IMG/VR virus record: IMGVR_UViG_3300044678_002717
Location: 1-64,000 of that record
Length of the DNA stretch: 64,000 nt
Source of the DNA: a virus
Direction: 5' to 3' (one strand)
This document shows, piece after piece, positions 50,654-58,962 of this stretch; position 1 is the first letter of the stretch, and every line of letters begins with the position of its first letter. The notes under the pieces were generated by a model. That model did no database searches and was not told the DNA's origin. It saw nothing but the letters and a program-made list of their open reading frames with translations. The position numbers and the translations under genes were made by a program.

Positions 50654-50682
50654 AAAAAAAGGCAACCATTTCTGATTGCCTT
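50654..50682 (-). terminator. GAAA-tetraloop terminator family (relatives near 51450, 52485, 59010)
   Basis: GGCAATCA-GAAA-TGGTTGCC-T7 and GGTAGTCA-GAAA-TGGCTACC variants. Confidence 0.75.
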
Positions 50683-50706
50683 TCCTGTTTTGCTTTGCCA
50701 GCAACC

Positions 50707-50940
50707 TTACTTACACATTGCTTTCAGTTCAGCTTTGATTGCTTTGGCTTTTTCGCCTTTCCAAGTTGAAGCATTGCATAAGAAATACAACACAACACTT
50801 TTACCACTATCAAAGTAATAGTCATCGGTAATGTAGGTTAATTGCGCCATAGCGTCTAAGTAAGGCTTTGCAGCAAAGTTTACCTTTGCCCAATCTTTGC
50901 GGATTTCAGAAGCGATTTGATAAAGAGGTCTGTGTGTCAT
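50707..50940 (-). CDS. Early hypothetical protein
   Basis: 77 aa with its own promoter and terminator. Confidence 0.6.
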   Translation of the reverse strand: MTHRPLYQIASEIRKDWAKVNFAAKPYLDAMAQLTYITDDYYFDSGKSVVLYFLCNASTWKGEKAKAIKAELKAMCK

Positions 50941-50999
50941 AAAAGTTATTTATTTTGATTACGAAGTAAAGATATAACGAATATATTTAATTTGCAAAT

Positions 51000-51230
51000 T
51001 TAATTTAAACTATTTTCAAATTCGATTTCCGCACATTGAAAATCATCATCCGATATATATTCAACTATTTTTCCGTCACGCATATAGTATTCCTTATTAG
51101 GTTTAGAAATTATAGTTTGTGTAGGTGCTTTGAACCAATCCTGATTTAATAACCAATCCTGATAAGATTTAGGTGTTGATAAAAAATCCTGACCTTTATA
51201 TTTTCCGAATGCTAATTTGAAATTATTCAT
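51000..51230 (-). CDS. ExoX C-terminal / DUF3820-like small protein
   Basis: LAFGKYKG...PKSYQDWL; start reassigned downstream of the promoter. Confidence 0.6.
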   Translation of the reverse strand: MNNFKLAFGKYKGQDFLSTPKSYQDWLLNQDWFKAPTQTIISKPNKEYYMRDGKIVEYISDDDFQCAEIEFENSLN

Positions 51231-51337
51231 GTTTTTTTGTGTTAGTGTTTCTTCCTGATGACAATACAAAGGTAGTAAAATAATTTGAATTTGCAAGTGG
51301 TAAGCGAAAATAAATTAAATTTTTTTTCTTTTTTTTT

Positions 51338-51403
51338 AAAAGACAAGCTACCCCCGATTAACCTTCCCTTCTTTTCGGGCTTCTACCATAGTGTTTCAAC
51401 GGC
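51338..51403 (-). ncRNA. Unassigned structured small RNA, copy A
   Basis: Promoter box CACCTTTG, then GCCGTTGAAACACTATGGTAGAAGCCCGAAAAGAAGGGAAGGTTAATCGGGGGTAGCTTGTCTTTT. Confidence 0.65.
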
Positions 51404-51494
51404 ATAACAAAGGTGGCAAAAAGAAATGAGAAATGCAAATTTATTTTAAAAAAAAAGGTAGCCATTTCTGACTACCTTTGAAAGGCTTTTTGGT

Positions 51495-51968
51495 TTACCC
51501 TACCTTAATGATATTGCTTTCTTTCGGGCAAATTACCAAGGTGCTTTTACCCATTTTTTCAGCATCAGAAGCGGTAAGGTAGCTTTTAAAGGTTTCCTTA
51601 CTGATTTCCACACCATCGGCAAAGTATTGAACTTTGAGGTGGCAATTTTCAGTCGGGTAAAGCCGAATGTACCTATTGCCGTTGTGGGTAATTGTGTAGG
51701 GAAAGTGTTCCCATACACCCCAAGGTAAAGAACCAACTTCGCCCCTTGTACCATCGGCAATGCCTTCAAGTACAGGTTTTAGGTTTGCATAGTCAATACC
51801 TGCCCTAAACACACCTTCTGTGCGCTTAGTAAGTTTGACTTCTTTGAAAGCCGCTTTTGGCTTTGCTTCGGAAACAAAGGTAGCGTTAATAAACTGACCT
51901 TTGCAATTAAAGAAGCGTTCTGCCACTCCCGACAGACCGCTTGGCACTTGGAGTGTTTCGTTTTCCAT
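51495..51968 (-). CDS. Early hypothetical protein, probably leaderless
   Basis: 157 aa; CACCTTTG 4 nt before ATG; terminator downstream. Confidence 0.6.
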   Translation of the reverse strand: MENETLQVPSGLSGVAERFFNCKGQFINATFVSEAKPKAAFKEVKLTKRTEGVFRAGIDYANLKPVLEGIADGTRGEVGSLPWGVWEHFPYTITHNGNRYIRLYPTENCHLKVQYFADGVEISKETFKSYLTASDAEKMGKSTLVICPKESNIIKVG

Positions 51969-52050
51969 AAGACAAAGGTGAGAAAAAGTAACGAGAAAAA
52001 AAAGTCTTTTTTTGCAAAAAACTTACATTAAATCATGTAAGGTATTTTAA

Positions 52051-52118
52051 AAAAAAAAGGGCAAGCTACCCCCGATTAACCTTCCCTTGTTTCGGGCTTC
52101 TGCCACCTCGATGATGAC
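52051..52118 (-). ncRNA. Unassigned structured small RNA, copy B
   Basis: TACCTTTG box, then GTCATCATCGAGGTGGCAGAAGCCCGAAACAAGGGAAGGTTAATCGGGGGTAGCTTGCCC and a T run. Confidence 0.7.
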
Positions 52119-52212
52119 AATACAAAGGTATGCATTTCCAATGACATTTCCAAATTTAATTTAAAAAAAAGGACTGATATAAATCAGCCCCTCAAATTTG
52201 GTTTTCTCAGGA

Positions 52213-52419
52213 TTATCTTGTAAAGATAAATCCGTTGTGGATTGGATGCCAAGCACCTGTTTTCCGCACTAAGGTTTTTACACCTTGGCAAGTAATAAAG
52301 CATTCAGTTAATTGGTTGTTTTGGATATACTTTACAACCTTTGCTTGGGTTTCAGTCATTGACTTTGCCTGAAGTGTGAACCTTTTGCCGTTATCGAATT
52401 GAAGTTTGTAAGTGAACAT
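52213..52419 (-). CDS. Early hypothetical protein
   Basis: 68-aa cassette. Confidence 0.55.
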   Translation of the reverse strand: MFTYKLQFDNGKRFTLQAKSMTETQAKVVKYIQNNQLTECFITCQGVKTLVRKTGAWHPIHNGFIFTR

Positions 52420-52536
52420 ATCTTGTTGTTTTTAATTGATATGCGAAGGTATGTGTTTTCAATGACATTTCCAAATTTAATTTAAAAAAAAGGGTAGCCA
52501 TTTCTGACTACCTTGCTGATTGCTTTGCTTATCAGA

Positions 52537-52914
52537 TTAAATGAAATCTGATTTCTCTTCCCATTTCTTTTGGGCAAAGGCATTGCCTTCGATATCATCA
52601 TTGGCAACCACCAAACCTGTAACTTTGGTTCTTCCTTCGCCAAATTTGGCTTCCCAAAGGTATGCATTGGCTTCCACAATCCTTTCGTTTGAGAAAGCCA
52701 CACCGCATTTGTAAATGCCATCTGACTCAGGTGGCATACCATACCACTTGAATTTATCCCAACCACCAAGGGTTGATGATTCGCTATCTAATGTGCCGTG
52801 CAAATACACCCAAGGTGTATAAGACAAAACAACAAGGGTATTCTTACCAAAGGTAGCCATTGGTTCGCCTGACTCCATTAGAGTAGGGAAGATTAATTTA
52901 GGGGAGTTTGACAT
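52537..52914 (-). CDS. Early hypothetical protein with a hairpin/C-rich leader
   Basis: 125-aa cassette. Confidence 0.55.
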   Translation of the reverse strand: MSNSPKLIFPTLMESGEPMATFGKNTLVVLSYTPWVYLHGTLDSESSTLGGWDKFKWYGMPPESDGIYKCGVAFSNERIVEANAYLWEAKFGEGRTKVTGLVVANDDIEGNAFAQKKWEEKSDFI

Positions 52915-53055
52915 ATGCGAAGGGGGTTAAGAGTGCCATCACCGTGATGACAATACAAAGGTAGTAAAATAAATTGAATTTGCAAGTGGTAAGTGAAAAT
53001 AAATTAAAAAAAATGGAAGTATTTCTACTTCCATTCTGATTGGGTTTGCTTTAGG

Positions 53056-53349
53056 TTATTCTATTTCAGAAACATCGTAACCCATTTCTCTTAGCTTTTC
53101 GATAATGCAGCGAGGCAAGGCAAATACACCATCGTAATCAACGATTGTCATTCCTTTAAACCATATGCCACCTTCAGCATACCATTCATCACCTCCGGTC
53201 TCTACATCGTATATTTCAAACCAACCATAATCATCGGAATTGATTCCAATGGTAACCTGAAGTTCGATATCGTTTTGCTCTTTAATTGTGCCAAACGAGT
53301 TTTCAAGTGAAAGACTTTCGGTGGCGATAAATTCAATTTCCATTTTCAT
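53056..53349 (-). CDS. Acidic early hypothetical protein
   Basis: Start moved downstream of the promoter. Confidence 0.55.
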   Translation of the reverse strand: MKMEIEFIATESLSLENSFGTIKEQNDIELQVTIGINSDDYGWFEIYDVETGGDEWYAEGGIWFKGMTIVDYDGVFALPRCIIEKLREMGYDVSEIE

Positions 53350-53427
53350 AAGTGTTATTGTTTTTAATTGATATGCGAAGGTATGTATTTTGAATGAGAC
53401 TACCAAATTTATTTTAAAATAATTTCC

Positions 53428-53622
53428 TTATACCATTTGCTCTAACATATACCGAATGCTTTCAAGTTTATCTCTTTCTATATCAATTTCTCCACAAGAG
53501 GTTTGTGCAATCCAAGTATTGCTTCGATATTGTTTCATTATATTTACTTCTTTCCCATTTACTATGGTCGTATAATCACCACCACCTTGCTTGTATGTTT
53601 TTTTGAACTTTAGAGATGCCAT
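53428..53622 (-). CDS. Early hypothetical protein (MASLKF...)
   Basis: Start moved downstream of the promoter. Confidence 0.55.
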   Translation of the reverse strand: MASLKFKKTYKQGGGDYTTIVNGKEVNIMKQYRSNTWIAQTSCGEIDIERDKLESIRYMLEQMV

Positions 53623-53686
53623 TGTTTTTGTTGTTTTTAATTGATATGCGAAGGTATGTATTTTGAATGAGACTACCAAATTTATT

Positions 53687-53836
53687 TTAAAATCTTTTTG
53701 GGCCACTACACCTTGCTGAATGGGTTTGATTCCAACCACGCTTATGTGGATTCTTTTGAGCATGGTAACCGATTCTATTATCCACCGCACAAGATGCAAG
53801 GCAAACAAGGATTAAAAGCGCAATTATGTTTTTCAT
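53687..53836 (-). CDS. 49-aa putative lipoprotein
   Basis: MKNIIALLILVCLAS-C lipobox; translated by hand. Confidence 0.55.
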   Translation of the reverse strand: MKNIIALLILVCLASCAVDNRIGYHAQKNPHKRGWNQTHSARCSGPKRF

Positions 53837-53955
53837 TTTACCGCAATTAAGATGATTTTACAAATGATTATAAATATTCCGAATGAAATACCCACAAAAG
53901 TGAATGCATCATAAAACATATTCATTCTACGCTGTTGTTTAAAGAAGTCTTCCAT
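53833..53955 (-). CDS. 40-aa membrane peptide
   Basis: MEDFFKQQRR...FGIFIIICKIILIAVK; ATGA overlap with the lipoprotein gene. Confidence 0.45.
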   Translation of the reverse strand: MEDFFKQQRRMNMFYDAFTFVGISFGIFIIICKIILIAVK

Positions 53956-54007
53956 TGTTTTAGTATTTAATTTGATGTGTGAAAGATTTGATATTTCCAA
54001 ATTTATT

Positions 54008-54115
54008 TTACCAAGGTTCTATTTGACCAATATATTCAACAAATTTAATAGCTGTGTAGCACAACATACCAACAATGGCAATGACTACAAGGGTTTCGAT
54101 TAATGTCTTTTTCAT
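54008..54115 (-). CDS. 35-aa pilin-N-terminus-like membrane peptide
   Basis: MKKTLIETLVVIAIVGMLCYTAIKFVEYIGQIEPW; own promoter. Confidence 0.5.
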   Translation of the reverse strand: MKKTLIETLVVIAIVGMLCYTAIKFVEYIGQIEPW

Positions 54116-54245
54116 ATTCTTAATGTTTTAATCTGATACAAATATAAGTGAAAGATTTGAGACTACCAAATTTATTTTACTTCAAACATAAAATTTATTT
54201 TAAAATAAATTTGGAAATATCATTTCCTTTGCATACATTTGTATT

Positions 54246-54317
54246 GTCTTACAGCGAATGGGGCAGAAGCCGGAGAAAACGGAAGGTTCATCGCAGGTAA
54301 CTTGTCCTCTTTTTTTT
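54246..54317 (+). ncRNA. Unassigned structured small RNA, copy C (inverted)
   Basis: TACATTTG box, then GTCTTACAGCGAATGGGGCAGAAGCCGGAGAAAACGGAAGGTTCATCGCAGGTAACTTGTCCTC and a T run. Confidence 0.7.
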
Positions 54318-54341
54318 ATATATGGGCAAAAAAAAATGCCC

Positions 54342-54485
54342 TTAGAAGGGCAATTCAATCTTTTCTTCGATTGTCAGAGGGCTTTCTTCGATTTCCTCTG
54401 TGGCTTCCCTGATTAGGTTTCTTGCCATTTCCATAATCATTGCCTCATTTTCAAGTTCTTCGATGCTGATGCGATAGTCTGTCAT
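54342..54485 (-). CDS. 47-aa acidic peptide ending in IELPF
   Basis: Translated by hand; own promoter; terminator GCCCT-TCTA-AGGGC overlaps the stop. Confidence 0.55.
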   Translation of the reverse strand: MTDYRISIEELENEAMIMEMARNLIREATEEIEESPLTIEEKIELPF

Positions 54486-54545
54486 AATTGTTTTGTTTTT
54501 GATGATACAAATGTAATACGGATTTCTGATATTTCCAAATTTAAT

Positions 54546-54779
54546 TTAAAATTTTGTTTCAGCATAAAACTGCTCATAAGCGTGTGTATATTTTTTATCA
54601 TCAAAATAAACATCACCATAACCCAATCTAACACCAAAGGTAATTGCCTTTGCGGTTTGAGCATTCTCATAAGGTTTGATAAATTGTTTGTAAAAATCTA
54701 AATCAGATTGAGTAATTTGCCGACCATTATCTAATGATTTCTGAATTTCGCTGATGATAAGTTCTACTGCTGTTGTCAT
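54546..54779 (-). CDS. Early hypothetical protein (MTTAVEL...)
   Basis: Cassette; start moved downstream of the promoter. Confidence 0.55.
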   Translation of the reverse strand: MTTAVELIISEIQKSLDNGRQITQSDLDFYKQFIKPYENAQTAKAITFGVRLGYGDVYFDDKKYTHAYEQFYAETKF

Positions 54780-54835
54780 AATTGTTTTTGTTTTTGATGA
54801 TACAAATGTAATACGGATTTCTGATATTTCCAAAT

Positions 54836-54946
54836 TTATTTAAAAAAACTTTGGATAATTAGTGAAGCCACAAAGGTCAGGAACATATTCCGTAAAGCCT
54901 TCTTTTGGTCAGATGGCATATTCATTAGGTCTTGAATGTCTTGCAT
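54836..54946 (-). CDS. 36-aa peptide
   Basis: MQDIQDLMNMPS...; own promoter; stop inside the next promoter. Confidence 0.4.
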   Translation of the reverse strand: MQDIQDLMNMPSDQKKALRNMFLTFVASLIIQSFFK

Positions 54947-55063
54947 TTTGTTGTTGTTTTAATTTGATAATGTAAAAGTATGGCAAAGATTTGATATTTC
55001 CAAATTTATTTTAAAAAAAAGGACTGATATTTATCAGCCCTTCAGATTTGGATTTGTCAGGAT

Positions 55064-55936
55064 TTATGCTAACAAGGTAGCAAGTTCATTTACCAACTTG
55101 AAAGCATCATCGGTTATCTTTTGATTACCACCTAAAAGGTTTCCATAGGCATCAGTACTGAACTTTTTGTGGGTTGTGAAGTGTGTTACTCCGTTGAATG
55201 CACCGAATAAGTTCATTCCCAAATCATTGGTTTCCCTTGTAAAGGATTCCATTAGGTCTGCTTTGCGCCTTCCGGTTGATGATGGCAAGATATTCTCTTT
55301 CAGCAACTTTTCATCAATGTTGAGAAGTCGGTTTGCAAGGCCATCCAAAATGGCATGGTCAATTTCAATTTCGGATAGCTTTTTGAGTTGCAATGCTTCC
55401 CTTTCCTTTTCTTCCCTGAAGCCTTTTACAAGGTCAATAAACATTTCAATTCGGAAGTCTTGATTCTTTGTATGGCGAACCTTCAGACCTTGCATAACCC
55501 TGCCCCAAGCATTGTGGCAACGAAGTAGAATGTTTACAGAACCCACAAAGATTGGTGTTGTACCATTGTGGGAATTACCGAAAACAAGGTAGTTTTCTGA
55601 TGGCAAACCCAAATGTTTGTGTACCATATCATCTGTTGCTTTCAGATAGGCAAGTACCTTTTCACCTTCCCTGAATTCAGCAAACCCTTCCAAAGCATAA
55701 CCACTTGCTTCAGACAATTTGTAAGCATAATCTACAAATGCTGAATTCTTTGTTTCCTTGTAGGTTGCATTGGTCAGGTGCAAGGTTCTACCATTGTCAG
55801 ACCTTTTCAGGGCAACATAATCATCTTCAGGTACATATAGACCTGCCTTGTTGATTGTCATTGGTGTATGCCTTTGAACTTCCCAATTTAAAGAATCCTT
55901 AAAATCCTTTACTGCATTACTTGTGCTTTTTGCCAT
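55064..55936 (-). CDS. DUF932 family protein
   Basis: LNWEV, RSDN, NSHNG, CHN, RHT and NLFGAFNGVTHFTTH motifs. Confidence 0.8.
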   Translation of the reverse strand: MAKSTSNAVKDFKDSLNWEVQRHTPMTINKAGLYVPEDDYVALKRSDNGRTLHLTNATYKETKNSAFVDYAYKLSEASGYALEGFAEFREGEKVLAYLKATDDMVHKHLGLPSENYLVFGNSHNGTTPIFVGSVNILLRCHNAWGRVMQGLKVRHTKNQDFRIEMFIDLVKGFREEKEREALQLKKLSEIEIDHAILDGLANRLLNIDEKLLKENILPSSTGRRKADLMESFTRETNDLGMNLFGAFNGVTHFTTHKKFSTDAYGNLLGGNQKITDDAFKLVNELATLLA

Positions 55937-56008
55937 AATTGTTTTGTTTATTATTTATTGTTTGATGATACAAAGGTAAACGAAAGATTCGACAATTCCA
56001 AATTTATT

Positions 56009-56251
56009 TTAAAATAAACTAATATGAGTGGCTTGTACTTCTTTCCACAAAGAAAGGTGTAATTTACCCAATACTGATAAATTAACACAATTTGGACTTT
56101 CATCAACTTTAATAGTTTCATTATCTTTGGGTAAAGAAATGTAACCAAGGCAATCTTTTGGGTTGCTATAAAGACTTATGGAATAATCACTTTCCATAAT
56201 TGCATACCTTTCGATTACTGACTGAGGGATTTGACTTAGGATGTTTTGCAT
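56009..56251 (-). CDS. Early hypothetical protein
   Basis: 80-aa cassette. Confidence 0.5.
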   Translation of the reverse strand: MQNILSQIPQSVIERYAIMESDYSISLYSNPKDCLGYISLPKDNETIKVDESPNCVNLSVLGKLHLSLWKEVQATHISLF

Positions 56252-56295
56252 AATTGTTATTGTTTGATTACAGAGGCAAATGTATAATGAATATT

Positions 56296-56490
56296 TTAAT
56301 TTTCCAAATTTATTTTAAAATCTTTGCAAAAAAGTTCAAACTCTTTATTTGGGTCAATCTTTTCACCCAATCCAAAATAATGAATCAGATACTTTGCAAA
56401 GGCAATCTGAATGTTCCTTACTTCCTGATTAGGATTTACCATTGCATCTGATAGATGCGACTGAATAACCATGCTGACTTGTACTTTCAT
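56296..56490 (-). CDS. Early hypothetical protein (MKVQVS...)
   Basis: Cassette; start moved downstream of the promoter. Confidence 0.5.
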   Translation of the reverse strand: MKVQVSMVIQSHLSDAMVNPNQEVRNIQIAFAKYLIHYFGLGEKIDPNKEFELFCKDFKINLEN

Positions 56491-56573
56491 ATTTTCTTGT
56501 TGTTTGATTACAGAGGCAAATGTATAACGAATATATTTAATATGCAAATTTATTTTAAAATATTTTTATATAT

Positions 56574-56644
56574 AAAAAAAAGGACAAGTTACCCCCGATT
56601 AACCTTCCCTTCTTTTCGGGCTTCTGCCATAGTGTTTCAATGAC
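56574..56644 (-). ncRNA. Unassigned structured small RNA, copy D
   Basis: TACCTTTG box, then GTCATTGAAACACTATGGCAGAAGCCCGAAAAGAAGGGAAGGTTAATCGGGGGTAACTTGTCC and a T run. Confidence 0.7.
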
Positions 56645-56748
56645 AATACAAAGGTAAGTAAAAGAAATGATATTTCCAAATTTATTTTAAAAAAAATTCC
56701 CTCCGAAATTCAGAGGGAATTTTCAAATGAATCATATGTCCTAAACTT

Positions 56749-57012
56749 TTACATTTCCAATAGCTTTTGAATTGCTTCTTCAATTTGTTCTTCTGACTGC
56801 CAACCAAGTATTTCATCGTGTTCTGATAGCATAATAAATTCGGGATTTCCTTTATGCCAAGCAGCCATTTCAAATGAATTTCTGCCATTGCCATACAATC
56901 CTGTTCCTCCCACAATGGAAATCATTATTCCGTTTGGTAGTTCGTGCAATGCCTGTACTGCATCGGGCATCTTATTTGCGTGGGGCTTGAAAACTAAATC
57001 TTGAAATGTCAT
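56749..57012 (-). CDS. Early hypothetical protein
   Basis: 87 aa; terminator TCCCTCTG-AATTT-CGGAGGGA downstream. Confidence 0.6.
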   Translation of the reverse strand: MTFQDLVFKPHANKMPDAVQALHELPNGIMISIVGGTGLYGNGRNSFEMAAWHKGNPEFIMLSEHDEILGWQSEEQIEEAIQKLLEM

Positions 57013-57075
57013 ATGTTTTTGTTTTTTGATTACGATGTAAATTACGGAATAATAATCGAGAATTGCAAATTTATT

Positions 57076-57399
57076 TTAAAATTTATTGAATCCTTTTTCT
57101 TCGTACTTTCCTGCCAATGTTTTAGCAACCAAACCACTAACAGCAAAACCAAGCGGAATCCAAATCATCGTTTTTTGTGTTTTACCTAAATGGTAACCTA
57201 ATATTGCACTTGCAAAAGCACCTGCAACAAGACCATCACCAATGCCATTTAAGACCTTTGCTTTGGTAAGGTTTAATTTGATTTCCCTTTGTACTGAATC
57301 CTTTCTTTGCTTACAAGGGTTCATACAAGTGTTGTAATTGGTTTGAGCCATTGCTGAACCCGAAACCATTAGTGCGAATGCTATTAGTGTTTTTTTCAT
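57076..57399 (-). CDS. Exported/membrane protein, probably leaderless
   Basis: Signal peptide MKKTLIAFALMVSGSAMA and two TM segments; TACATTTG 4 nt before ATG. Confidence 0.6.
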   Translation of the reverse strand: MKKTLIAFALMVSGSAMAQTNYNTCMNPCKQRKDSVQREIKLNLTKAKVLNGIGDGLVAGAFASAILGYHLGKTQKTMIWIPLGFAVSGLVAKTLAGKYEEKGFNKF

Positions 57400-57475
57400 A
57401 TGACAAATGTATGTAAAATTAAATTAAATTCCAAATTTATTTTAAAAAAAAAGGGAAGATTTCTCTTCCCAAATT

Positions 57476-57655
57476 TTATTTTGTTTTCTCTGTTAAATTT
57501 AATAATTCTAATACTTCTTCAATTTGCATTTGCAAATACTCCTTTGTAATGATGGAGTTTTTAGGAAAGTTTTCCTTTTCAATAAGGTCAATGTAATGAC
57601 CTAATGCTTGACCAATCACATACTTGTGAAACCCTGTTAATGCTACTTTTTTCAT
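57476..57655 (-). CDS. 59-aa hypothetical protein (MKKVALTGFHK...)
   Basis: Translated by hand; own promoter and terminator. Confidence 0.5.
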   Translation of the reverse strand: MKKVALTGFHKYVIGQALGHYIDLIEKENFPKNSIITKEYLQMQIEEVLELLNLTEKTK

Positions 57656-57765
57656 TTTGTTTTTGTTTTAATTTGATGTTACAAATGTAATACGAAGATT
57701 TTAATTTTCCAAATTTATTTTAAAATAAATGGGCTGATTTTTCTCAGCCCAATTTAAGTTATTGA

Positions 57766-58263
57766 TTATGAGTGCATATCAACAAACACAAACCAAATTT
57801 TGTCGCCATCGGTTGTTGAATGTGTTAGGTCTGTAAAACCGCATTCATCATATTTGTAAGAAAAGAAACAATCATCTTTCATACAATCAAAAGGATTTTC
57901 TCTAAATGGATGTGCTTCGGATAAATGCTCCGCATACTTTGACAATGACCATAGTTCGTGTGAATCCCATTCAGTTAAATTAAAGTTGCCTTCTGCAAAT
58001 TTATCTTCTGCAATTTTACCATACCAACTTGATTTAATCCATCCATTCACACATTCATTGATTTGCTCAATGGTAGCAATATCGGTATCTTTGGGTTGGT
58101 ATCTTCCATCCCCTGCATTGTAAACTTCATTATCTTCCGATACTGCACCACATATAGTTCGCCAATTATTTTCATTACCGAAATCCATTATTAGGATTTC
58201 AACTTCTTTACAAGCCTGTTCTCCCGAATCAGCTTTTACTTTTACTAAATGTAAGTTATGCAT
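57766..58263 (-). CDS. Early hypothetical protein
   Basis: 165 aa ending FVFVDMHS. Confidence 0.6.
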   Translation of the reverse strand: MHNLHLVKVKADSGEQACKEVEILIMDFGNENNWRTICGAVSEDNEVYNAGDGRYQPKDTDIATIEQINECVNGWIKSSWYGKIAEDKFAEGNFNLTEWDSHELWSLSKYAEHLSEAHPFRENPFDCMKDDCFFSYKYDECGFTDLTHSTTDGDKIWFVFVDMHS

Positions 58264-58303
58264 ATTGTTTTTTGATTACGATACAAAGATAAGTAAAAGA
58301 AAC

Positions 58304-58459
58304 TTAATATCCAAATTTATTTTGATTTCTTTTTTGCTCATTGCGGTCATACTTCTTTTTATCCTTACCTACCTTTGTGGTAAAACGAGAATCCAAACCC
58401 GAATCCCTTTTAAGGATTTCCCTTTTGATTTTGCCGTAATTGATAGTGTTACTTGTCAT
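58304..58459 (-). CDS. 51-aa basic peptide, weakly ArfA-like
   Basis: ...SRFTTKVGKDKKKYDRNEQK...; own promoter. Confidence 0.45.
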   Translation of the reverse strand: MTSNTINYGKIKREILKRDSGLDSRFTTKVGKDKKKYDRNEQKRNQNKFGY

Positions 58460-58530
58460 TTTGCTTTTGTTTTTGATGCTACAAAGGTAAGTAGGATAAA
58501 TGAGAAAAACAAATTTATTTTAAAATAATT

Positions 58531-58725
58531 TTAGTCTTCAATCTTCTTTTCAAGTATGTAAAAGAAGTAACAGACAATTCCCATTGGTATTCCCATTACA
58601 AACCAAATGATTGCGAACATATCCCAATTAGGTTTTGCACCTGATTCTTCTGCAAACTTTACCATTGTGGGAAGTAAGAGCCACAAAGCCATTATTGTGA
58701 ATGATAAATAAGTGAACTTTTTCAT
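58531..58725 (-). CDS. Two-TM small membrane protein
   Basis: MKKFTYLSF...; cassette. Confidence 0.5.
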   Translation of the reverse strand: MKKFTYLSFTIMALWLLLPTMVKFAEESGAKPNWDMFAIIWFVMGIPMGIVCYFFYILEKKIED

Positions 58726-58785
58726 AATTGTTTTTTGATTTTGATTACGATACAAATGTAAGTGAAAGTTTTGACAATTCCAAAT

Positions 58786-58962
58786 TTATTTTAATTTATT
58801 TTTCTCTTTTAATTCCTCCATTAAAAGAATCAAAAATAAAATAAATGAGAATCCAAATATAAAACTCATTACAATAATATTTCCAATATCCTGAAGGCAA
58901 AAAAGAAAAAAGGATGAGGAAAGACAAGCCATACCAATAAGAATCAATGCGATGTTTTTCAT
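58786..58962 (-). CDS. 58-aa two-TM membrane peptide
   Basis: MKNIALILIGMAC...; translated by hand. Confidence 0.45.
   Translation of the reverse strand: MKNIALILIGMACLSSSFFLFCLQDIGNIIVMSFIFGFSFILFLILLMEELKEKNKLK

Noticed and set aside
53056-54833. Apparently paralogous ORFs sharing VVSFKIHTFAYQLK or EISEIRITFVSSKTK
   Set aside because: These peptides are translations through duplicated promoters, not protein homology; starts were moved downstream.
51348-56630. 13-aa ORF M(A/V)EARKEGKVNRG inside small-RNA copies A and D
   Set aside because: Copies B, C and E have a 7-nt rather than 8-nt loop that breaks the frame, and they lack the equivalent ATG, while pairing is kept. RNA structure explains the conservation better, though dual function in A/D is not excluded.
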